Assembly (NCBI GenBank): GCA_963803805.1
Contig: CAWDOD010000010.1
Location: 32,001-96,000 of the forward strand
DNA: 64,000 nt
Reading direction: 5' to 3'
Source of the DNA: an uncultured cyanobacterium
GTDB lineage: Bacteria > Cyanobacteriota > Cyanobacteriia > Cyanobacteriales > CAWCAG01
Under the pieces are notes generated by a model that worked only from the letters and a program-made list of their open reading frames with translations, searched no databases and was not told the origin of the DNA. Below, piece after piece: positions 43,999-53,718 of this stretch; position 1 is the stretch's first letter, and each line of letters starts with the position of its first letter. The position numbers were made by a program, and so were the translations under genes.

Positions 43999-44103
43999 AG
44001 GTATGGGAGCAATAGACTATTTAACTTTTCAAGCTTCGTAAATTCCCGACCAAAAACTATCTTAGTAGACTAATACCAAACTTAAAGTATAACCAAAGTT
44101 ATT

Positions 44104-45288
44104 TTAATAGATTACTCCCAACACCAAAGTGTAATTATGAAAGCAGTTATGATTTCCCACTGGAGCAATTTCGCCATTGGTATAAAATCCTAACCAAGGA
44201 ATATTCATTCCAATATTTTTTTGTAGCCGGTTTAAAAGTTGAGTTTTCTCTTCTCCACGAAAGATGCTCCCCCTACCAAAACAATCAAAATGAAAAACCA
44301 ATTTAGCTTGGCGATCGCCTAATTGATTCTTAATTTGTTCCGTCATTATATCAAGACCGCTGATAATTTTAGTCCGATCTCGCAAAGTCATCCAAATACT
44401 TGTCCCTTCTGCTATCTCTGTTTGTAAACTAACCGAACCCGCAGCATCATCTTTGCTAGGAAGAAAACGGATTAAATACTCGTCATAATCTTGCATATAT
44501 CCTGGCGCTTTAAGTCCTAAACAAAGATTACCTACGGCTTCGCTCCAATTTTCAATTTCTTCTTCATTAAGATATTCTTTCAATACTTCTAAAACTGGCT
44601 GATCATCGATTTCATAAATAACATTTCCTTCACAGCGAGTTACCTTGCGCTCACTACCAATAGGTTCACAACCATGGTTAACAGCCCAAGCTAGATTAAC
44701 TCCGCCAGAAATTAAAGTCGCTACCACTCCATCAGAAACTACCCGGTCGTTATAATATTGGTAAGTATTTTTCCTATTTAAGTTGTAACCAGAAGCACCG
44801 CCGAGAAGAGGTAAAAAGACATCCAAATTAAGCTTGGCTTCCAAACCCGCTACAAAACGGTCAAAATTAATGCTTATGCCATCAGCGAACAAAAATGCTC
44901 CTAAGCTATCTGAAGTGATTTGAGGTTTAATTGCTTGGGCGATCGCTTCCCCAACCTGATGAGGATTTTCTTTTAAGCCGACTTGTAAATAATTGCTGAA
45001 GCGAAGCTGATCAGAACTAATTACCATAACTGCCACAGCGAAGTTGGAATTATCGACCCAATCCCTACCAATTATGCCCCAAGCCGAACAACCACTAAGG
45101 GGAGCATAGCCTGTTTTTTCCCTAACTACATCTACTAGCTTTTGTTGGTTGTAACCTGTGGAGGCGAACATAAATACGAAATCAGGCTTTTCTATACCAG
45201 TTTCTTGAAGTGCTTGCTCAACAGCCTCTTGTCCAGCTACTGTGACATTACGATGGTAGCTAGTTCCCACGCCTGCTTTAATATTCAT
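44104..45288 (-). CDS. FIST-domain (NosP-like) signal protein
   Basis: GCS..GII, LGGASG, HGCEPIG, DCFGRG, GFYTNGEI; directly upstream of the kinase. Confidence 0.88.
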   Translation of the reverse strand: MNIKAGVGTSYHRNVTVAGQEAVEQALQETGIEKPDFVFMFASTGYNQQKLVDVVREKTGYAPLSGCSAWGIIGRDWVDNSNFAVAVMVISSDQLRFSNYLQVGLKENPHQVGEAIAQAIKPQITSDSLGAFLFADGISINFDRFVAGLEAKLNLDVFLPLLGGASGYNLNRKNTYQYYNDRVVSDGVVATLISGGVNLAWAVNHGCEPIGSERKVTRCEGNVIYEIDDQPVLEVLKEYLNEEEIENWSEAVGNLCLGLKAPGYMQDYDEYLIRFLPSKDDAAGSVSLQTEIAEGTSIWMTLRDRTKIISGLDIMTEQIKNQLGDRQAKLVFHFDCFGRGSIFRGEEKTQLLNRLQKNIGMNIPWLGFYTNGEIAPVGNHNCFHNYTLVLGVIY

Positions 45289-45572
45289 AAATCCCTTGGT
45301 TAAGATACTGATGTTCCCAGAGTTCCTTTTTAGAGTCCTAACTTCTTTAACTCTTTTTCTGGGTATAAATCCGGAAAATCATCTTAAATCCCAACTAGCC
45401 TAGGCAAAAGGTTAGGACAAGGGAGAAAAATTAATTTTATCTTCCGATAGCTGCGTTAATTGTTCTTGAGAAACTTTTATACTATCCAATTAATGACTCT
45501 CCAACTGATAAACTTAGATAGTGCTTCTTTGTTAATAGCTATTAGCTATTAGTATCTTTTAATTTTTGCTAA

Positions 45573-47114
45573 ATGAATCCTAATACTATTGCTTCTCGTT
45601 ATCAAAAATCTCCTGATTCCCAACAATTTGATGCTGTTATTATTGGCTCTGGTATTGGTGCATTGGTAACTGCCACTCAACTTGCTGCCAAAGGAGCCAA
45701 AGTTTTAGTTTTAGAAAGATATATAATCCCTGGAGGCAGTGCCGGGTATTTTGAGCGAGAAGGCTATCGCTTTGATGTGGGAGCATCAATGATTTTTGGT
45801 TTTGGGACAGAAGGAACAACTAACTTATTAACTCGCGCTTTAGAAGCTGTTAACGTTAGCTTAGAAACCATTCCTGATTCTGTACAAATTCATTACCATT
45901 TACCTGATAACCTAGAATTAAAAGTTCATAAAGATTATGAAAAATTTTTAACTGAACTAATTAGTAAATTTCCTCAAGAAGAAGTAGGTATTCGCCGTTT
46001 TTACGATGAATGTTGGCGAGTATTTAATTGTCTAAATACTATGGACTTACTCTCCTTAGAAGAACTAGGTTATTTAACCAGGGTATTCTTGCAACATCCT
46101 TTAGCTTGTTTAGGATTAGTTAAATACTTACCTCAAAATGCCGGAGATATTGCCCGTCGCTACATCAGCGATCCTCAATTGCTAAAATTCATTGATATGG
46201 AGTGTTACTGTTGGTCAGTGGTTCCAGCAGATAAAACCCCCATGATTAATGCCGGAATGGTCTTTTCCGACCGCCATTATGGAGGCATTAACTACCCGAA
46301 AGGAGGGGTGGGACAAATAGCCCAAAAATTAGTAGAAGGGTTAGAAAAAGCTGGAGGGAAAATCCTTTATAAAGCGAGAGTAAATGAGATTATTTTAGAA
46401 AATGGTCAAGCAGTAGGAGTAAAGTTAGCTACCGGGGAGGAATATCGCGCTCGAAGAATCATTTCTAATGCTACTCGTTGGGATACTTTTGATAAACTAT
46501 TACCTCCTCAAGTAATGCCAAAGAAAGAAAAAAGCTGGCAAAAACGTTACCAAAAATCCCCTAGTTTTTTAAGTTTACATTTAGGAGTTAAAGCAGAATT
46601 GCTTCCCCCTAGTACAGAATGTCATCACATTTTCTTAGAAGATTGGCAACAAATGGAAGCTTCTCAAGGAACTATTTTCGTCTCTATTCCTACCTTACTA
46701 GACCCAGATTTAGCTCCAAGGGGACATCATATCATCCATACTTTTACCCCTAGTTTTATAGAAGATTGGCAGGGATTAACCACTAAAGAATACCGTGATA
46801 AAAAAGAAACAGCAGCAGATAAATTAATCTCTCGATTAGAAAAAATCTTTCCTGGTATCATAGCCGCAATAGACTACCAAGAAGTCGGCACTCCCCGTAC
46901 CCACAGGCGTTTCCTGGGTCGAGAAGATGGGACTTATGGTCCTATTCCCAGAAGTAAATTACCAGGTTTACTGGGAATGCCCTTTAATCGTACTTCCATA
47001 CCGGGTTTGTATTGCGTTGGGGATAGTACTTTTCCAGGGCAGGGTTTAAATGCTGTAGCCTTTTCTGGCTTTGCTTGCGCCCATCGGGTAGCGGTTGATT
47101 TGGGGTTAAGCTAG
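45573..47114 (+). CDS. crtH: carotenoid isomerase
   Basis: [36 protein letters not shown]. Confidence 0.95.
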   Translation: MNPNTIASRYQKSPDSQQFDAVIIGSGIGALVTATQLAAKGAKVLVLERYIIPGGSAGYFEREGYRFDVGASMIFGFGTEGTTNLLTRALEAVNVSLETIPDSVQIHYHLPDNLELKVHKDYEKFLTELISKFPQEEVGIRRFYDECWRVFNCLNTMDLLSLEELGYLTRVFLQHPLACLGLVKYLPQNAGDIARRYISDPQLLKFIDMECYCWSVVPADKTPMINAGMVFSDRHYGGINYPKGGVGQIAQKLVEGLEKAGGKILYKARVNEIILENGQAVGVKLATGEEYRARRIISNATRWDTFDKLLPPQVMPKKEKSWQKRYQKSPSFLSLHLGVKAELLPPSTECHHIFLEDWQQMEASQGTIFVSIPTLLDPDLAPRGHHIIHTFTPSFIEDWQGLTTKEYRDKKETAADKLISRLEKIFPGIIAAIDYQEVGTPRTHRRFLGREDGTYGPIPRSKLPGLLGMPFNRTSIPGLYCVGDSTFPGQGLNAVAFSGFACAHRVAVDLGLS

Positions 47115-47357
47115 TTGCTAGTCGCTAATTGCTTTGGTGAGGATATTTTACTCATGGGAATACTTCAAATACATAGACGAAAACACCGCTACACCAATCA
47201 TAAGTTGGTGTAACGGTGGGCTTGCCAATTTACTTTTGAGAAGTAGTATGATAGCAAACTCTGCTGCGCTACTCCCTACTCCCTACAGTAGACACGACAA
47301 CCATAAGCGCGTATCCTACCCTAACAAATAATCTGGGCAACTAACCCGGTTTAGTAA

Positions 47358-48812
<1,455 letters not shown>

Positions 48813-48882
48813 TTATCAATTGATAATTGACAATTGTCAAAAAATTCGGGTTTAAGAGGCAGATGTCGCCGAGTTATTAAAA

Positions 48883-48953
48883 GCCGCGCAAGTTAAGAAA
48901 GCTTGTTTTCTGGGAAAGAGAAAGTATGTATGCTCTCTAGATTAGGGCGCAGC
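48883..48953 (-). ncRNA. Y-RNA-like unit E: conserved stem only, no tRNA body
   Basis: 5' GCUGCGC-CCUAAUCU-AGAGAGC-AUACAUAC ... AAGCUUUCU-UAACUU-GCGCGGC 3'. Confidence 0.7.
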
Positions 48954-49076
48954 AACAGCTACCGTTGTCAAGTCAATCATTCATTGGTGTTCCGCAAAGT
49001 AGGTTGCAGGGAAGCCTTTTTGTAACTCAAAAGGCAAAAGAATAATAACTACTCCCCACTCCCCACTTCCTCCTTC

Positions 49077-49463
49077 TTACTTCAAAACAACTGTTGCACC
49101 AACTGCTTCTAACTGAATTTTGGTTGCTTCAGCTATTTGAAGATCCACTGACTGATTAATAGTTGTAGGAATAGAATCAACCATCTGTTTTGATTCTCGC
49201 AAGCTTGTCCCTATTAGGCTTCGTAATGCTTTAATGATGGCAATCTTATTTTCAGTAGGGACTTGCTCTAAAACTACATCAAATTCCATTGGCTTTTCAG
49301 AATGCTCCCCGGTTAGGTTAATTGGATCAAGGCTATAGGCAAAGGTGACTTGAGAAAACATATCTACATTGAAAACTGCTTCAATTTGCTTCACCAATGC
49401 CTGTGTTTCTTGAGAAGTTAGAGTTTGCAGTTGTTCAAGTATTTGTGAAGTTACTGTAGACAT
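49077..49463 (-). CDS. ribosomal protein L7/L12 paralog (orphan, outside rplJ-rplL)
   Basis: ILEQLQTLT..E...LVKQIEAVFNV N-domain; FDVVLEQVP..NKIAIIKALR...SLRESKQMVD...LEAVGATVVLK C-domain; GGAGG RBS. Confidence 0.85.
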   Translation of the reverse strand: MSTVTSQILEQLQTLTSQETQALVKQIEAVFNVDMFSQVTFAYSLDPINLTGEHSEKPMEFDVVLEQVPTENKIAIIKALRSLIGTSLRESKQMVDSIPTTINQSVDLQIAEATKIQLEAVGATVVLK

Positions 49464-49489
49464 AAATATTCCCTCCTATAGAGGTGATG

Positions 49490-49646
49490 ATTTCCATACA
49501 AGTTAAGAAAGCTGTGTGTCACAATTTCTATCGCGTTTAACCACTCCGCCACAACTCCAATTGGGGTTGGTGGGAGTCGAACCCACGTATCTTTACAGAT
49601 AACAGATTCCTTAGTGTGTAAGCTTTTTAGATTGGGGTACGGAAAT
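49490..49646 (-). ncRNA. Y-RNA-like unit D: conserved stem plus permuted class II (Leu/Ser-like) tRNA body
   Basis: UCUGU - variable arm UAUCU-GUAA-AGAUA - T arm GUGGG-UUCGACU-CCCAC - CAACCCC-AAUU-GGAGUUG - D arm GCGGAGUGGUUAAACGC - AUAGA. Confidence 0.8.
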
Positions 49647-49665
49647 ATTTTGGCGTGAAAATTAA

Positions 49666-49810
49666 ACCGCGTAAGTCAGTAAAGCTAGTTCAGATACATT
49701 CCACTGCTCTACTAACTGAGCTACATCCCCTTGACAACGGAGATGGTAGGAGTTGCACCTACGACCGATGGATCAACATAGTATGTAAGCTTTGCAAGTT
49801 GGGACGCGGT
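49666..49810 (-). ncRNA. Y-RNA-like unit C: conserved stem plus tRNA body opened at the anticodon loop
   Basis: UCCAU-CGGUC-GUAGG-UGCAACU-CCUAC-CAUCUCC-loop-GGGGAUG-UA-GCUC-AGUUAGUA-GAGC-A-GUGGA. Confidence 0.82.
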
Positions 49811-49833
49811 AGGAATTTAAGGAAAAAGTGACC

Positions 49834-49950
49834 TCGCGCAAGTTAAAAAAGCTGTTAAGTATACACAGGAATCGCACCTGCAACATCTTGATTATGAGTC
49901 AAGCGCTCTACTATTGAGCTAGTATGTAAGCTTCTTAAATTGGGGCGCGA
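49834..49950 (-). ncRNA. Y-RNA-like unit B: conserved stem plus normal-order tRNA body with CAU anticodon
   Basis: CAUAC-UA-GCUC-AAUAGUA-GAGC-G-CUUGA-CUCAUAA-UCAAG-AUGUU-GCAGG-UGCGAUU-CCUGU-GUAU; short acceptor stem merges into the conserved stem; no CCA. Confidence 0.8.
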
Positions 49951-49987
49951 AGTGCTGAACTTTATAGGAGCAAGAATTTAAAGGTGA

Positions 49988-50194
49988 TCCCGCGTAAGTT
50001 AATCAAGCTGTTAATATACTGACGCTCTACCACTGAGCTATATCCCCCATATTTTACGGAGTTAGGTGGCTAGGGAGAAATTAATTTCTATCTCCCCATT
50101 TCCCTATTTCTAGGGGGGATAACAGGACTCGAACCTGTGACCTTCCGTTCCACAAACGAAAAAGTATGTAAGCTTAATAAGTTAGGACGCGGGA
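49988..50194 (-). ncRNA. Y-RNA-like unit A: conserved stem plus permuted His-like tRNA body (GUG loop kept)
   Basis: UUCGU-UUGUGGA-ACGGA-AGGUC-ACAGG-UUCGAGU-CCUGU-UAUCCCCC-(~60-nt insert)-GGGGGAUA-UA-GCUC-AGUGGUA-GAGC. Confidence 0.82.
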
Positions 50195-50208
50195 ATTAAA
50201 ACTTTTAA

Positions 50209-50457
<249 letters not shown>

Positions 50458-50473
50458 TTATTTCGTTGTCTTT

Positions 50474-50503
50474 ATACTACACAAATGCTACAAGTCTTGT
50501 CAA
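50474..50503 (-). promoter_or_regulatory. sigma70-type promoter of the Ro-like operon
   Basis: Minus strand TTGACA (50503-50498) - 18 nt - TAGTAT (50479-50474). Confidence 0.6.
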
Positions 50504-50532
50504 GGGTTGAGGAAAAATTTATTTGGTTTAAA

Positions 50533-50552
50533 ATTAGTACATTTGTGCTAAT
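50533..50552. promoter_or_regulatory. palindrome resembling a cyanobacterial LexA box
   Basis: ATTAGTACATTTGTGCTAAT, containing AGTAC-N4-GTGCT (one mismatch to RGTAC-N4-GTWC). Confidence 0.5.
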
Positions 50553-50583
50553 CTAACGATGTCAAGTTACGATCTTTGGTAAT

Positions 50584-51855
50584 TTGTCTGTTAATCTTTC
50601 CAGTATCCAGTTTCCCGGAGTTCACTGCTGCCGCCCCGTAGCAGTGGACTTATTTGCTGGTGCTGGAGGATTTTCTTTAGGCATTGAACAAGCAGGATTT
50701 GATGTAGTGATCGCAGTGGAAAAAGATCCTGTTCATGGGGCTGTACACCAGTTTAATTTTCCCTACAGTAAGGTATTATGTGCTGATCTAGGGACTCTTT
50801 CTGGCCAGGAGATTGAAAAGAACCTTAACCAAGAAATTGACCTGATCGTAGGCGGCCCGCCTTGTCAAGGGTTTTCAGTTATGGGTAAACGAAATCTTGA
50901 TGATGAGCGCAATAACTTAATTTTTCACTTTTGTCGCTTAGTTAAGGAACTACAACCCCGTTACTTCATTATGGAGAATGTTCCTGGTTTGACTCAAAAA
51001 AAGTATGCGGCAATTTTAATGAGGCTTAAAGAAGAGTTTAAATTAGCAGGTTATCAACTTACCGAACCCCTACAAATCCTCAACGCCGCAGCCTATGGAG
51101 TTCCTCAACAACGCCAGCGATTATTTTTATTAGGGACAAGAAAAGGGGAAAAGATTTTAACTTATCCCGATTTAGAACTAACTCCCTACCCAGTTACCGT
51201 AAGAGAGGCGATCGCAGATTTGCCAAACCTAGATGATTTTTGGGAATTGCAAAAGAGTGATGAAGTGGATTTATCACCAGAACGATTAGAACTTTGGGAA
51301 AATACAGCTAGCGATTATATCAAAACCTTACGAGGTTTAATTGATGATCCCCACAATTTTGCTTACCAACGTATCTGGAACCGAACCCAATTAACAAGTT
51401 CCAGGCAAACCCAACATACTACAACTTCTATCAATCGCTTTTGCCAAACGCTCCCAGGAAAAAGGGAAAGAATCAGTCATCTACAAAGATTAGTTTGGGA
51501 TAAACCCTGTCATACTTTACGGGCAGGAACAGGGGGAGAACGAGGTAGTTACACTTCTGCCCGTCCCCTCCATCCCCAATACCATCGGGTAATCTCGGTA
51601 CGAGAAGCCGCCCGGTTACATTCTTTTCCGGACTGGTTCCGTCTTCACACCACAAAATGGCATGGTTTCCGCCAAGTGGGAAATGCCGTTCCCCCTTTAC
51701 TAGGAAGAGTTTTGGGAAATCAAGTTACAGAGGCTTTGGGGATTAAAGCAGAAGTACCTCAACAAATTCTTGAATTAGGAGATGTGGCATTACTCCATTT
51801 AACTCATTCTCAAGCCGATCACTTTTTGAGGAGAGGGGAAGGGGGAAGGAAATAA
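50584..51855 (+). CDS. dcm: DNA (cytosine-5) methyltransferase, orphan
   Basis: DLFAGAGG, GGPPCQGFS, MENVPG, QRQR, QVGNAVPP; no restriction endonuclease adjacent. Confidence 0.92.
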   Translation: MSVNLSSIQFPGVHCCRPVAVDLFAGAGGFSLGIEQAGFDVVIAVEKDPVHGAVHQFNFPYSKVLCADLGTLSGQEIEKNLNQEIDLIVGGPPCQGFSVMGKRNLDDERNNLIFHFCRLVKELQPRYFIMENVPGLTQKKYAAILMRLKEEFKLAGYQLTEPLQILNAAAYGVPQQRQRLFLLGTRKGEKILTYPDLELTPYPVTVREAIADLPNLDDFWELQKSDEVDLSPERLELWENTASDYIKTLRGLIDDPHNFAYQRIWNRTQLTSSRQTQHTTTSINRFCQTLPGKRERISHLQRLVWDKPCHTLRAGTGGERGSYTSARPLHPQYHRVISVREAARLHSFPDWFRLHTTKWHGFRQVGNAVPPLLGRVLGNQVTEALGIKAEVPQQILELGDVALLHLTHSQADHFLRRGEGGRK

Positions 51856-51923
51856 GTAATAAGTAATAAAGTTTTTAATAAGCTGTAGTTCTTACCTATT
51901 ACCTACTCCCTACTCCCTTATTC

Positions 51924-53012
51924 TCAAACAGTAACTGTCGCTTCTATTCCTAACTTATTCATCAAACGTCCAATATCAAAGTGTTCCTCCATCAAATTTT
52001 GGATACACTCAATTTTGATTGGTTCTTGAAAACGTACTTGACCAAAAGCTCAATCAGCTATTTCTACTGCGGTTAAGGTATCTTGATCCACTGACAAGAT
52101 TGGCACTTCCAAATCTTCAGCGCGAGAAAGAACAAAGTCTTGAGGCATAACGTTCCCCGTCAAAATCAAACAATTAGTAGAAGTTTCTAGGGCTGCTAAT
52201 TGGAGATCACTGCGATCGCCTCCAGTAATAACAACCATATTTCTTCGTTTGCGGAAATACTCTAGAGCTGAATTAACATTCATAGCACCAATAGTCAAAC
52301 TTTCCACCATCAAATCTAAACGATCTTCTCGACAAAGAACTTTCGCATCTAATTGTTGTTTCAATTCTCGGACGCTGACACTACGCAACAAGCTACTTCT
52401 AGGCAAAAGTCCTAAAACAGAAATACCTTGTTCTTCTAAAAATGGCTGAACTAAGGTTTGAGTCTTTTCTAACTCCTCTAGGGGAATGTCATTAATCAAA
52501 ACCCCTAACAAGGAGTTACCTAAGTGCCTTTTAGCTGCTATGAGACTATCTACCAAGTTCTGCTCTTGAAAACGAACTACTAATAAGATACAAGCATCTA
52601 CACTTTGGGCAATTTGCAGTAAGGATAAATTAAATAAGTTTCCTTCCTGTAAATTGCCCGGCCCTTCTAAAACAATTGCATCAGCATCTAATTCCTCAAC
52701 ATACTGTTTCAAAGAAGCTGTATAATCTGTTGAACCCTCACCGGCCAAGCGCTTTTCAATAGTATTGGCATCTTGACACAAAAGGGGCGAGCGTATTTGG
52801 GCCTCTGGCAAATTAAGGGCCTCAACCATAAACCGCACATCTTCTTCTACAAAATCTGTGTAGTCTTTACTTAAATAAGTCCCCAATGGTTTGCCGTAGG
52901 CTATGCCAACTCCTTTTGATTTAAGTTGCTTGGCCATACCGACAATTGTTGCTGACTTACCGCTGTAAGCTTCTATTGAACCGATCAATAAGCACTTGGC
53001 TGATTTTGCCAC
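51924..53012 (-). pseudogene. phosphotransacetylase-family (AAA_26 + DRTGG) gene with in-frame TGA at 52050-52052
   Basis: GKSATIVG, IGAMN, ITGGDRSDLQLAALE; the frame continues after the TGA for 41 codons (AFGQVRFQEPIKIECIQ...) to a stop at 51924. Confidence 0.75.
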
Positions 53013-53121
53013 GCTTTTAGCTCCTTTTTATCAGCAGTTTTTTATACATAAATTTATTCCCAGCCTATAGCTTAATCTGTTATTTCAGATTTAGACACCG
53101 TTGGGAAAAGGTTTGTATAAA

Positions 53122-53499
53122 TTACGATTCTTCAATACGTAGAAGTTTACGATAGAAAGCTCGAGAAAAGTCAACTGTCCGAGAACTTTTGAAAGTCATG
53201 ATCACTTCTAGTAAGTAATCTACTAGCTGGGAGTTAGCTATAGTTACTTCATAACTCAGTTCTGCATTACCATCAAATTGCAGGCGACAACGAGTCATTT
53301 CAGAAGGCAGCTTAGAAACAAACCAACTGGCTACAAAAGGTATACTTTCGCCACCTTCAATACGGCGTTCTCCTTCAAAGGAGCCTTGTTTATAAAGGCT
53401 GATAGCGAAAGGCAGGAGATTACGCTTGTTCCCTTGGTAATAAGGAGAATAAATACGAACGTCTGCTTTTTCAGCAGGTTTCAACTTTTCAATAGACAT
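53122..53499 (-). CDS. ebsA: EbsA (type IV pilus/secretion-associated protein)
   Basis: V.IY.PYYQG.KR..LP.AISLY..G..EGER.IEGGESIPF; upstream of the pta-like gene as is typical. Confidence 0.8.
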   Translation of the reverse strand: MSIEKLKPAEKADVRIYSPYYQGNKRNLLPFAISLYKQGSFEGERRIEGGESIPFVASWFVSKLPSEMTRCRLQFDGNAELSYEVTIANSQLVDYLLEVIMTFKSSRTVDFSRAFYRKLLRIEES

Positions 53500-53718
53500 A
53501 AGTGAAATTCTTCAATTTCCCTCAACATTGGCCCTGAAGTTTACACCCTAACATTCAATTTCCCTAATGGGCAATAACCATTTGTGATAACTTATATCAT
53601 TGATGATTAGATCATCAAACATTTATCACTGATTATTAGTCTCAGTCTTCCTTGGGTTTAAGCTAGATATAGCGAGGCTCACGAGCAGGTAAATCTTAAA
53701 TACCTGAAGTCTATCAGT

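Noticed and set aside
47134-47331. 65-aa ORF after crtH
   Set aside because: Non-ATG start, spans an intergenic hairpin (47185-47217) and short repeats; probably spurious.
49858-49928. Calling a standard tRNA-Met/Ile(CAU) gene
   Set aside because: Only about 4 acceptor pairs, no CCA, non-canonical D and T loops, and enclosed by the repeated handle; treated as part of a tRNA-mimic RNA.
48883-50194. Interpreting the repeated arms as a CRISPR array or as prophage att / tRNA-fragment debris
   Set aside because: The arms pair with each other and covary, the intervals are tRNA-like with highly variable length, and there is no integrase or cas gene nearby.
50584-51855. Treating the cytosine methyltransferase as part of the Ro-like system or of a restriction-modification system
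   Set aside because: It is divergently transcribed with no endonuclease nearby; a functional link cannot be supported from this window alone.
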